From contig JAZDJN010000018.1 of assembly GCA_043803945.1 (NCBI GenBank), positions 1 through 64,000 of the forward strand: DNA of 64,000 nt, written 5' to 3'. The translations under genes and the position numbers were made by a program. Within the stretch, counting starts at the first letter, position 1, and the number at the start of each line of letters is the position of its first letter. This DNA comes from a bacterium (GTDB lineage Bacteria > Bacteroidota > Ignavibacteria > UBA10030). The notes beneath the pieces are model-generated. The model saw nothing but the letters and a program-made list of their open reading frames with translations, searched no databases and had not been told where the DNA came from. Of this stretch, positions 28,824 through 38,399 are shown in pieces.

Positions 28824-29021
28824 ACGTTACACGAAAAAATATTTCTTACTCACCGTATCGAAACAAACAGCAAACGATACCATAAAAACGAATTGACCTC
28901 ATTCCATCTAAATCAGCATGAAATACAAAGAGCACCCATGGCTCCTCTTTGTAGTGAAAGACGGTCTACTATTATCCGTTCTACAGAACGGCATAATTGC
29001 CTATGCGTAATTTGCTTACTT

Positions 29022-29258
29022 TTTAGATCGAATCTCTTCGGTTGCGAAGGCGGCGCCTTCTCTCGGTGTGCATCATCCAACCAGTTCCCCCATCAAACGC
29101 TACATGATACTCTGCAACGTTAGCAGAATTGGGGGAGAATGTCAAGAGAATGGAAAAGGAGAAGCAGGAAGTAGAAAGATTACAGAAGGCAGATTGCAGC
29201 AAGCAGACCGTAGAAAGCAATGTCCGCCACACTTTTTGGCGGAAACATGAGGTGTGAA
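29022..29258. repeat. Copy C (full length) of the recurring ~235-bp element.
   Basis: About 90% identical to 23335-23568. It lies 46 bp 3' of the ORF6N gene end and ~200 bp 5' of the HEPN-like gene. Confidence 0.85.
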
Positions 29259-29303
29259 TCTGGCAGTGTTTGAGAGGGAAAATCTTTTCAATGCAGCTAT
29301 AGA

Positions 29304-29825
29304 TTAATTGCTTTCCAGCCCGAATCCAATTGGGCGTCTCTTCGGCTCAGGAGGTTTCATAAGTTCGCGAATCGCTTCGAATACTATTTTAAATTGCACG
29401 TCATATTTTCTTTCTAATTCATTCAGCTTGTGAGCTAAGTTTTCATGCGTGGCAAGTATTTGACGCAGATGCACAAACGTACGCATGATTTCAATATTCA
29501 CTCTGATTGCACGCTTACTCCTCAAGACGCTTGAAAGCATTGCGACTCCTTGCTCGGTAAACGCGTAGGGAATGGCTCTGCGAAGACCACCCCAACTTGA
29601 AGTCACAATCTGTGATTTCAACGTAAGGAACTCTTCCGAGGATAATTGGAACATAAAATCGATCGGAAAACGGTCAGCGTTTCGTTTCACTGCCTGAACC
29701 AACACGCGTGGCGCAACCTGGTATAATCGGGCCAGGTCTGTGCTGAGCATGACCTTCTCACCACGCAGGAAATAGATACGTTGTTCGATTCTTTCCTTCG
29801 ATAAAATAGACTGTTTTGTTTTCAT
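29304..29825 (-). CDS. ORF6N-domain protein (KilA-N-related DNA-binding domain, often phage or mobile-element associated).
   Basis: 173 aa. [43 protein letters not shown] … [20 protein letters not shown] matches the ORF6N domain. Confidence 0.7.
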   Translation of the reverse strand: MKTKQSILSKERIEQRIYFLRGEKVMLSTDLARLYQVAPRVLVQAVKRNADRFPIDFMFQLSSEEFLTLKSQIVTSSWGGLRRAIPYAFTEQGVAMLSSVLRSKRAIRVNIEIMRTFVHLRQILATHENLAHKLNELERKYDVQFKIVFEAIRELMKPPEPKRRPIGFGLESN

Positions 29826-30016
29826 CGACGTTCATTGACCTCTCATTATTATCCTATGGTGAGATCCGTTTCGCTGGATTCAACTGACCCTAATAAATCG
29901 CAGTTGCCTCTCCGTCCAATATGATATGGGCATATCGATTATGAACACTCTCCGGCTATATCTCCAGAGTGGTATAGAAATCTAAATGCTGTGTTTTTGT
30001 CTTTTGAGAATGATTT

Positions 30017-30090
30017 ATTCGGTTGCGCGGGTGTCAGTTTCTCTCGGTGTGCACCATCCAACCAGTTCCCCATCAAACGCTACACGATGC
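30017..30090. repeat. Copy D (5' core only, diverged) of the recurring element, ~190 bp 5' of the ORF6N gene.
   Basis: ttcggttgcg…tttctctcggtgtgcaccatccaaccagttccccatcaaacgctaca aligns with the cores of copies A–C. Confidence 0.7.
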
Positions 30091-30282
30091 TGAATAATGA
30101 TAGGAGAAAACAAAGCCAATGTTAAGATCACCGCAACAGAGATCGTTAAGAAAGTTTTCTATAGTTACCCGGTTTGAAGGCTCTGGCCACCCGCGTTCGC
30201 GGGTGAAACACGTTCCTCTTTGGTTTTCATCTATTTTTTCTCTAAACTTTCGCCAACAACATCAACTTGGAAAGGATGCCTC

Positions 30283-32415
30283 ATGCTTAAGCGCGTATTC
30301 ATCATTTCACTTGTTCTCGTTTCTCTTCTCCTCCAGCTTATGCTTGCCGATGAGGGGATGTACCCCATCAGTGCGTTATTGAAACTCAACCTGAAAGCAA
30401 AAGGACTGAAGATCGATGTGAAAGACTTGTATAACCCTAAGGGCGGCAGCCTGATTGAAGCGATTGTTCACCTTGGCGGCTGCACCGGATCGTTCGTGTC
30501 GAAAGACGGATTGATCATTACCAATCATCATTGTGTATTCGGAGCCGTCTCCGCAATCAGCACAGCGGAAAAAGACTACCTCACGAATGGTTTCCTCGCT
30601 AAAACCCGCACAGAGGAAATTGCCGCCCGGGGACTCACAGCCCGCATTACCGAACAGATTAAGGATGTCTCAAAAGAGGTGTTGACCGTAGTGAAGCCGG
30701 ATATGGATCCGCTGGAACGATCGAAAGCCATTGAAAACAAGATCCGCGAGCTGACAACACAGGGCGAGAAAGATCACCCCGGAAAAAGCATAAGCATCTC
30801 CGAGATGCTCGCAGGGAAGTCATATGTGATGTTCATTTCCACAATGCTTCGTGATGTGCGGTTGGTCTATGTTCCGCCCCGTGCCATCGGAGAGTTTGGC
30901 GGCGAGAATGATAACTGGGTCTGGCCGCGTCATACCGGTGACTTTTCTTTTGTTCGCGCTTACGTTGGACCGGATGGAAAACCTGCAGCTTACTCTGAAA
31001 AGAATGTCCCCTACAATCCCAAACGGCATTTGAAAGTCAATTCCAAAGGTGTTAATGAAGAAGATTTTGTCTTCATCCTCGGCTATCCCGGCAGAACGTT
31101 CCGCCACCAAACGTCGTACTATATGGCCTACGAAGAACTGTTGCGTATGCCTTTCATTGCCAACCTCTATGAGTGGCAGATCAACACAATGGAGGAACTG
31201 AGCAAGGTAAGCCGTGCCGTGGCATTGAAGCACGACTCCCGCATCAAGGGGCTCGCGAACACCATGAAGAATTACAAAGGAAAGATCGTCGGCATGAAGC
31301 GCATGCAGCTTGTTGCGAAGAAGGCCGAAGAAGAGAAGGCACTGCAGCTCTTTATTGAAGCCGATGCAAAACGGAAAGCGACGTACGGTACCGTGCTCGA
31401 GCAGGTCAAGAAGATTTACGACGAGATGTCCGCACATGCACAGTACGATCTGGTGCTTGACAACCTGGCAAGCTTGTTCCCATTCCGCACGGCAACGAGC
31501 GTCAACGAAGCTTCACAGCGTGCACAGGGACGCGATTCGTCCGGAGCACGCGGCGGCGGAAGGCGCGGGGGTGGAGGAGACACTTTTGCAGCCTATTATG
31601 AGAAAACTGAAAAACTTTTCCTGAAAAAATTGCTTTCGCTGGCGGCACAACTCCCACAGAACGAACGTATTGCTCCCATTGATGAAGCACTGGGCGGGAA
31701 TTTTTCAGAACAGGCCATTGACCAGTTCGTTGAGCAATCGTTTGCTGCAACAACGCTCTTTACCCCCGATGGCCTGTCCAATGCCATGGGAATGAAAGCA
31801 GAGGAACTTGAGAAGTTGAACGATCCATTCGTCAAGATTGCCAAAGGGCTTGCTCCTTTGTCACAAAAACTCCACGATGTTCGTTCGCGCCGAACCGCCG
31901 AGCTTTCAAAACTCTCCGCATTGCTCGTCGATGTGAAACAGCAATTTCTGAAGAAGGATTTTATCCCCGATGCCAATAGCACGCTCCGGTTTACCTTCGG
32001 GCACATTCGCGGTTATAGTCCCGCCGATGCAACATACTACGCACCGATCACCACTCTGAAGGGCGTTATCGAAAAGACCACTGGCGAGGAGCCCTTCGTC
32101 ACCCCGCAGAAATCGCTTGAGTTGTATAAAGTAAAAGATTTCGGGCAGTTCAAACATTCCAAACTCAATGATGTGCCGGTGGCAATCCTCTACGATATGG
32201 ATACCACGGGTGGTAATTCCGGCAGTCCGGTGATGAATGCCAGGGGTGAACTGGTTGGCGTTAACTTCGATCGTGCATTCGAAGCAACCATCAACGATTA
32301 TGCTTGGAGCGAATCGTACAGCCGTTCAATTGCCGTCGATATCCGGTACGTGCTTTGGGTAACCGAAAAGGTTGGTGGAGCAAAGTTTATACTAGAGGAG
32401 GTTGGCGTAAAGTAA
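30283..32415 (+). CDS. S46-family dipeptidyl-peptidase (DPP7/DPP11-like serine peptidase), secreted.
   Basis: ATG at 30283 followed by a signal peptide. DEGMYP and GGCTGSFVSKDGLIITNHHC match the S46 N-terminus. The C-terminal serine region GGNSGSPV is present. Confidence 0.8.
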   Translation: MLKRVFIISLVLVSLLLQLMLADEGMYPISALLKLNLKAKGLKIDVKDLYNPKGGSLIEAIVHLGGCTGSFVSKDGLIITNHHCVFGAVSAISTAEKDYLTNGFLAKTRTEEIAARGLTARITEQIKDVSKEVLTVVKPDMDPLERSKAIENKIRELTTQGEKDHPGKSISISEMLAGKSYVMFISTMLRDVRLVYVPPRAIGEFGGENDNWVWPRHTGDFSFVRAYVGPDGKPAAYSEKNVPYNPKRHLKVNSKGVNEEDFVFILGYPGRTFRHQTSYYMAYEELLRMPFIANLYEWQINTMEELSKVSRAVALKHDSRIKGLANTMKNYKGKIVGMKRMQLVAKKAEEEKALQLFIEADAKRKATYGTVLEQVKKIYDEMSAHAQYDLVLDNLASLFPFRTATSVNEASQRAQGRDSSGARGGGRRGGGGDTFAAYYEKTEKLFLKKLLSLAAQLPQNERIAPIDEALGGNFSEQAIDQFVEQSFAATTLFTPDGLSNAMGMKAEELEKLNDPFVKIAKGLAPLSQKLHDVRSRRTAELSKLSALLVDVKQQFLKKDFIPDANSTLRFTFGHIRGYSPADATYYAPITTLKGVIEKTTGEEPFVTPQKSLELYKVKDFGQFKHSKLNDVPVAILYDMDTTGGNSGSPVMNARGELVGVNFDRAFEATINDYAWSESYSRSIAVDIRYVLWVTEKVGGAKFILEEVGVK

Positions 32416-32610
32416 TTGATGTATGTTGATTTTCGATTGACTATGTCTGATTGACAGTTCAATGAAAGAACAAAACACCGATGACACTGATACAACGAGA
32501 TTTTCACGGATTTTCTATCTGTGACAATCTCGTGCTTATTCTTAGTTATCTGTGTTCTAATGTCAAGGATAACTGATTATAATAATGACCGTCCGTTAGG
32601 AGAACCTATC

Positions 32611-33690
32611 ATGAAAAATCAAACACTCGTTCTTTTCACGCTTCTACTGTTCACTGTCAGCACCGGAGTCTTTGCCCAGGAACAGCAACGCGCAGCAGAT
32701 CCCATTCAGGTTATTCAAAGTCAGTTCGAATCGCTCAACCACCGGCTCGACAGGCTTGAGAAGATGGTCGACGACGTTCTCTGGAATCATAACATCAGCG
32801 ATGTTGCCTGGATGGATAAGGTGATACTCGTCGGCCCGCCGCCTGCCAGGGTAAAAAATCAGACAGCAATGGGAGCAAAGAATCCGGTGAGGATCTATGC
32901 CTATATCTTCATTCCAAAACAAATTGACCGGTCAAAGAAATATCCGCTCCTGCTTCTTCCACACGGCGGTGTCCATGGAAACTTCGGTACATATCACACA
33001 CACATCATTCGCGAATGTATGGCGCAGGGGTACATTGTTGCGGCTCCGGAATATCGGGGCAGCAATGGATACGGACGCGATATGTACGAACAGATCGACT
33101 ATGGTGGATTGGAGAATGAAGATAATAATGTCGTGCGCGATTACGCTGTCGATACCTACAATTTCGTCGACAGCGATCGGGTGGGCATTTTCGGCTGGAG
33201 TCACGGCGGGATGATTACACTCTTTGAGCTCTTCAATCATCCGGAAGATTACAAGGTTGGCTTTGCCGGTGTGCCGGTCAGCGACCTGGTGCAGCGTATG
33301 GGGTATGCAACCGACGAGTACCGAAAATTGATGTCGGCTCCCTATCATATCGGAAAAACAGCCCGGGAAGATGTCAACGAGTACCGAAAACGCTCGCCGG
33401 TCAACCACGTCGAAAAACTTAAGACACCGCTGCTTATTCACTCCAACACCAACGATGACGATGTCTATGTGCTGGAAGTGGAGCATCTGGTTGAAGCCCT
33501 GAAGGCCGCAGGCAAGAAATTCGAGTACGAAATATTTAAAGAAATGCCGGGCGGACACAGCTTCGACCGAATTGATATTCAATCGTCACGAGAGATTCGC
33601 TTGAAAATCTATACGTTCCTGGCTGAATACCTGAAGCCGCCGTTCCCTCTAAAATCAGTCGATGCATTGATTAAAGCAGGATACCGTTAG
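32611..33690 (+). CDS. S9-family (prolyl oligopeptidase/dienelactone-hydrolase-like) alpha/beta-hydrolase peptidase, secreted.
   Basis: ATG at 32611 followed by a signal peptide. The nucleophile elbow is GWSHGG, with the HGG oxyanion region upstream. Confidence 0.6.
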   Translation: MKNQTLVLFTLLLFTVSTGVFAQEQQRAADPIQVIQSQFESLNHRLDRLEKMVDDVLWNHNISDVAWMDKVILVGPPPARVKNQTAMGAKNPVRIYAYIFIPKQIDRSKKYPLLLLPHGGVHGNFGTYHTHIIRECMAQGYIVAAPEYRGSNGYGRDMYEQIDYGGLENEDNNVVRDYAVDTYNFVDSDRVGIFGWSHGGMITLFELFNHPEDYKVGFAGVPVSDLVQRMGYATDEYRKLMSAPYHIGKTAREDVNEYRKRSPVNHVEKLKTPLLIHSNTNDDDVYVLEVEHLVEALKAAGKKFEYEIFKEMPGGHSFDRIDIQSSREIRLKIYTFLAEYLKPPFPLKSVDALIKAGYR

Positions 33691-33924
33691 AAAACAGGTA
33701 GACGGTAAAAGGGAGAAGGGAGATGGAAAAAGTAAATAGAAAACCGTTGAGGGAAAGAAGATAGAGGAAAGAAGAAATACTCTTTCCTGGGAGGGAGCTT
33801 TGTTCCTGAACTTAGTGAACTTTCGCGGACTAAAATAATATTTATTAAGTTTTTCTTGGCGTCTTGGCGGCATTTTTGTTACTACGAAAACCGCATACAA
33901 GCCAACAGAGGAAGGAGTCACATA

Positions 33925-34887
33925 ATGATCGAAGAAATTAAAGCCCGCCAGCTCAATACCAAACAATTCATTAAAGAACAAATTTCCCAGATCAAAGAGA
34001 TTGTTGGCGATGGCCTTGCTCTCAACGCCTTATCGGGCGGTGTGGACTCATCGACCGTAACGATGCTCGGCCATAAAGCACTCGGGAAACAGCTTAAAAC
34101 AGTCTTTATTAATAACGGCATCATGCGGGAAGGAGAGCCCGATCAGGTTGTCGGATTTTTCAAGAAGCTCGGTGTTACAGTTGAGGTCATCGATGCACAA
34201 CAGGAATTCTTCGCTGCACTTAAAGGCATCACAGATCCCGAGCAGAAACGTGAAGCTATTACCCAGACATTTTACAAGCATGTGTTCGGGCGTATTGTTA
34301 AAGAGAGCGGTGCAAAATTCCTTCTCCAGGGTACTATTCTCACCGACGTCGACGAAACAGTGGCCGGGATCAAGCGCCAGCATACTGTCTTTGAACAGCT
34401 TGGCATTGATCCGCAAGAGGCATTCGGGTACGGTATTCTTGAACCATTAATTCAACTGCGCAAAGACGGCGTACGGAAGCTTGGGAAATCTCTCGGCCTT
34501 CCGGCTGCACTCTTCAAACGGATTCCGTTTCCGGGTCCCGCTCTTGCTGCCCGCGTGATCGGCGAGGCCACACTCGAACGGATCGAAACGGTCCGCAATG
34601 CAACAGTCATTGTTGAACGATTACTGAAGCATACCAAGGCGTTCCAGTACATGGCTATCCTTCACGATGACCGCGTTACCGGTATGCGCGACGGCAAGCG
34701 TGATTTCGGTATGCAGATTGAGATCCGCTGCTGGAACAGCACCGATGCACGCGCCGCAACACCGACACGGCTTCCCTATCCTATTCTTGAAAAGCTTTCA
34801 GGGGAAATCCTCCGCAAGGTCTCTGGCGTTGTCAGCGTGACGTACAATATCGCAACGAAGCCGCCTTCAACCATTGAAGCAGTGTAA
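33925..34887 (+). CDS. guaA: GMP-synthase-type ATP pyrophosphatase subunit: PP-loop SGGVDSS plus a GuaA dimerisation domain ending in KPPSTIE. There is no glutamine amidotransferase domain.
   Basis: ATG at 33925 with ggaaggag upstream. The PP-loop and the conserved GuaA C-terminal KPPxTIE motif are present. Confidence 0.6.
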   Translation: MIEEIKARQLNTKQFIKEQISQIKEIVGDGLALNALSGGVDSSTVTMLGHKALGKQLKTVFINNGIMREGEPDQVVGFFKKLGVTVEVIDAQQEFFAALKGITDPEQKREAITQTFYKHVFGRIVKESGAKFLLQGTILTDVDETVAGIKRQHTVFEQLGIDPQEAFGYGILEPLIQLRKDGVRKLGKSLGLPAALFKRIPFPGPALAARVIGEATLERIETVRNATVIVERLLKHTKAFQYMAILHDDRVTGMRDGKRDFGMQIEIRCWNSTDARAATPTRLPYPILEKLSGEILRKVSGVVSVTYNIATKPPSTIEAV

Positions 34888-34912
34888 AAGGACGGAGAGG
34901 GAAGGAACCGAC

Positions 34913-36217
34913 ATGCAGAGTATCAATAATGTTCGCACAATGTACGAGCAACAGAGTCATAACAAACGAATGTCCATGGTATGCTTCGTTGGTATTGTGC
35001 TGCTGTTCGCTTCATTTGGCCTTACCTTCGACCTTCAGACACTGTCACTGAGTATTCACGGGGCAACGATTCCTTTCCCTGTCATTCCTCCTCTTGCAGC
35101 CCTTTTCCTCTATCTTCTCTGGAGTTCCATTCACACAATGCGGGGGAGAAGCTGGTATTCATTCAGGGATACCGACAACGTAGAAGAAATTCAAATGACG
35201 AACTCTGCCAAATTCATTGGATTTCTTATTCTCTTGACCGGTCTTGCTTTCTATGGAATCTACACGCTTGCTTTGTGGATACTTGCTCCCGGCAGTCACT
35301 TCATTCGTTACGAGGTTCCGATAGGAAACACCTTCCCGTTCGTTACGCTCTTCGGTGCTGCGTTCTCGGGATTTTATATCGCCAAAGCGTTAGCGATCGG
35401 GCCAGAGATGATTTTCCAATCTTACCGGGTCAGACGTATCAATGAGGAAAACGACCGTGAGCACCGGCTGCTTCATATTGCAGACGAGATGAGTATCGCC
35501 GCCGGTATTTCCCGGCCTGCACTCTTTATCATTGAAGATACAACGCCAAACGCCTTTGCTGTCGGGATCGATCCTTCTGAAAGCTCCATTGTCCTCACCA
35601 CCGGGCTCCTGACGATCCTTAACCGCAGCGAACTTCAGGGTGTGATCGCACACGAGGTGAGCCACATCAAAAACCATGATGTGCGGCTAATGACGATCAT
35701 CACGGTTCTTTACGGATCTCTTCTTCTCTTTGCAAACTGGTCACGCAGCGGTGCTCCCTTCGGCGGAAGTATGGTTCGGCAGCGCGCACCGCTGCTAAAA
35801 GGATTTGGAGGAATCATTCTTTCAGTTATTGGCATCGTCACCAGTATTTTTGCGCCGCTGATTGTCCGCTTACTTGCACTTGCTATTTCGCGGCAACGTG
35901 AATATCTCGCCGATGCCACAGCGGCCGAGTTAACACGAAATCCCGAACCGCTTTCCAACGCTCTTCTTAAATTGGAGCGGGGCAGCCGCGTAGCAAATTT
36001 GATGTACCGGGGTATTGCTCATTTATGTATCGTCGATCCTCTTCAAAGAAACTTTACTGCACGAGAGGGTTTCCTTGCCGATTGGTTCTCAACGCATCCT
36101 CCCACAAAAAACCGGATCATTTTCCTCGACGCGTTAACACAGCGGTACCGTGAAGCCGGAGAATTACAGGAGACCAAAGAGCAGCCTGTGGATGAGTTCA
36201 ACAACGAGGTGTTTTAA
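34913..36217 (+). CDS. htpX: M48-family zinc metalloprotease (HtpX-like), membrane-embedded.
   Basis: HEXXH motif in GVIAHEVSHIKNHD, with multiple TM helices. The ATG at 34913 has a GGAGAGGGAAGG RBS. An alternative upstream start lies at 34874. Confidence 0.7.
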   Translation: MQSINNVRTMYEQQSHNKRMSMVCFVGIVLLFASFGLTFDLQTLSLSIHGATIPFPVIPPLAALFLYLLWSSIHTMRGRSWYSFRDTDNVEEIQMTNSAKFIGFLILLTGLAFYGIYTLALWILAPGSHFIRYEVPIGNTFPFVTLFGAAFSGFYIAKALAIGPEMIFQSYRVRRINEENDREHRLLHIADEMSIAAGISRPALFIIEDTTPNAFAVGIDPSESSIVLTTGLLTILNRSELQGVIAHEVSHIKNHDVRLMTIITVLYGSLLLFANWSRSGAPFGGSMVRQRAPLLKGFGGIILSVIGIVTSIFAPLIVRLLALAISRQREYLADATAAELTRNPEPLSNALLKLERGSRVANLMYRGIAHLCIVDPLQRNFTAREGFLADWFSTHPPTKNRIIFLDALTQRYREAGELQETKEQPVDEFNNEVF

Positions 36218-36345
36218 CGCAGTATAGTGAATTGTGCGTAACCTCTCACCATCTTTATCCGTAATGACCTGATAGTAGCTCTGCCGAATATTGATGTTCT
36301 GACGATAGTACGTCTTCATTGTATACTACAACAAAAGGAATCCCT

Positions 36346-36636
36346 ATGACCAAACGAGTCCTTATACTTATGTTATTGGTAGTTTGTGTTTTGATACTCT
36401 CCGGATGTTTCCCCCGTGAGGGCGGAAAGACGGAGCGGGAACCCGCAGGATTCTTCACCGGCATCTGGCATGGCTGGATTGCTCCGATCTCCCTTATCGC
36501 TGGATTATTCAATCAGGACATTCGGATCTACGAAACAATCAATACCGGCTGGTGGTACGACTTCGGGTACTATATAGCGATCATTGCCGGGTTTGGTGGA
36601 ATTGCGCTTTCGCGAAAGAAGAAGAAAGAAAACTAG
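36346..36636 (+). CDS. Small lipoprotein/membrane protein (lipobox LSGC).
   Basis: 96 aa. A signal peptide with LILSGC is followed by a hydrophobic C-terminal segment. Confidence 0.45.
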   Translation: MTKRVLILMLLVVCVLILSGCFPREGGKTEREPAGFFTGIWHGWIAPISLIAGLFNQDIRIYETINTGWWYDFGYYIAIIAGFGGIALSRKKKKEN

Positions 36637-36770
36637 AGACGTTGACAAGAAACTTCAATCTATATGAAGTGAGGGCGCTGTATCTTCCTGCCCCATTAAA
36701 AGACAAAACCCACATCTGATGCGTCTATGTCTCTAGTTCGTCACCATGGTTAATTCGTCACTGCTATATT

Positions 36771-37445
36771 TTACTTGCTCTTCTTTTCTGGCAAAGAGGT
36801 GGATTTCTCCGTGTAATAAATCACCAGGCGCCCGGAAAGTTTCGATACGTCAACTTCCACTTTAGATTGATTAAGCACATCTCTTCCCTCTTTTTCCCCG
36901 ACTATGATGAATTCGACATTTTGTGACTTCTTCCTCGATTGATCTCTTACGAACTGAGTCACAGAGAAAATCACGGCTTCGTCCTTCCTTTTTCCTTTCG
37001 CTCTCTCCTGTTGCACAACATCAACCGGATGCAACATCGCCGTGTGAAGTATCGCATTCTTTGAGGAATGGATATCAAGCCACGAGCCGCTTTGAGGTAC
37101 GCTCTTCTCATCAAATCCAAGAACTGAAAGAAGAACAGGGGTATGGGATTTGTTCAAGAGACCCTTTGGGACTTCAAGAGTATCCCGAACAAGCATACGA
37201 CTGGTATCCTTTTTAACAGGCATCTCGAACTGCTGATCAAGAATGAGGAACACATTATCGATGTGTGCATTGTCAGGAATTTCCGGTATGCGGAATTTTA
37301 CTCTCAACTGGTACTCCCCATCTCCGGCCGGTTTTCCAATCCGGGTAACCGGACTGCTCTTTACCTCTTTCACCTCTGCAGATATAATGCCCACCTGGAG
37401 AGCCAGTCCAAGCAAGATTATGAGTGTATACTTTAAAATTTTCAT
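36771..37445 (-). CDS. Secreted hypothetical protein.
   Basis: 224 aa with a signal peptide (LIILLGLALQVGIISA). No family was recognised. Confidence 0.4.
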   Translation of the reverse strand: MKILKYTLIILLGLALQVGIISAEVKEVKSSPVTRIGKPAGDGEYQLRVKFRIPEIPDNAHIDNVFLILDQQFEMPVKKDTSRMLVRDTLEVPKGLLNKSHTPVLLSVLGFDEKSVPQSGSWLDIHSSKNAILHTAMLHPVDVVQQERAKGKRKDEAVIFSVTQFVRDQSRKKSQNVEFIIVGEKEGRDVLNQSKVEVDVSKLSGRLVIYYTEKSTSLPEKKSK

Positions 37446-37460
37446 ATGTGCCTCGCCTTC

Positions 37461-38147
37461 TTACTTAGCAACGATCATTTTTCTAATGTTGACATAGGGG
37501 TTTTTGTGCTCGTCGGATGTTGACGTCGCAATTAAACGATAGAGATAGACACCGCTCGCCACTTGCTGACCGTTCCTGTCTTTCCCGTCCCATCGTACGA
37601 AGTGAAACCCTGCCCTCTGCGCATCTTCCAGAAGCGTTCGGATTTCTTTGCCAAGCAGGTTATAGATCTTCATGCTAATATTGCTCTCCGTCGGTAAAGC
37701 ATATTGAACAATTGTTTCGGGATTGAACGGATTGGGGTGGTTCTGATTCAGAGCGAATTCAGTTGGTATATTATCTATACTGTTTTTATCAGCCATCATC
37801 AAGGTATCCAACATGCTCCGCTTAGCGAATACTCCACCGTAATGGTTCTGAATTTCGCTTGCCGACAGAGCGCGGTTGTAGATTCTTACTTCGTCGAGAA
37901 GTCCGCTGTAGTAATTCGGGTAACACCAGTCGAGTTTCTTTCCCATTCCAACATCGCCGGCCCAGGATCCATAATTCAGATTACCAGCATTGATCACATT
38001 CTGATTGTTCAACTGCCCATTGATATAAATCTTTTGTGTCGTCCCATCATAAGTGACAACTATGTGATACCAGGAATTTACCGAGATTGGGGATGTCGAT
38101 ACAAGGAGAGCGTACTGGCCAGTGACCGTGTAAACCGCCGACCGCAC
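37461..38147 (-). CDS. C-terminal fragment of a large T9SS-sorted surface protein: LamG/concanavalin-like domain plus the T9SS C-terminal sorting domain (NHPNPFNP…). It appears to be the distal part of one gene whose reading frame is broken twice. The other parts are at 38400-39056 and 39053-42202.
   Basis: The Por_Secre_tail-like motif and LamG-like segment were read directly. There is no own signal peptide or plausible start. Confidence 0.5.
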   Translation of the reverse strand: MRSAVYTVTGQYALLVSTSPISVNSWYHIVVTYDGTTQKIYINGQLNNQNVINAGNLNYGSWAGDVGMGKKLDWCYPNYYSGLLDEVRIYNRALSASEIQNHYGGVFAKRSMLDTLMMADKNSIDNIPTEFALNQNHPNPFNPETIVQYALPTESNISMKIYNLLGKEIRTLLEDAQRAGFHFVRWDGKDRNGQQVASGVYLYRLIATSTSDEHKNPYVNIRKMIVAK

Positions 38148-38399
38148 ATATCCATTTATCAGATCAAAACCGTAGGGCCACCCGCAGCCGCAACCGCCAT
38201 TAGCTTGTGCGATGACCTGATTGCAAGAGCCCAGCGAATATGGTTTTATCCAGGCCTCTATAGAAATGTTAGATGGTTGGAGACTTGTCGATTGCGGGAC
38301 GAATACATAACTGCTTGTCCCGTTGAATTCGATGGCTTGACTAATTCTTCCGGTTGTAAAGCTTACGCCGAAATTCTGTCCATTATTACCATAGGAAGA

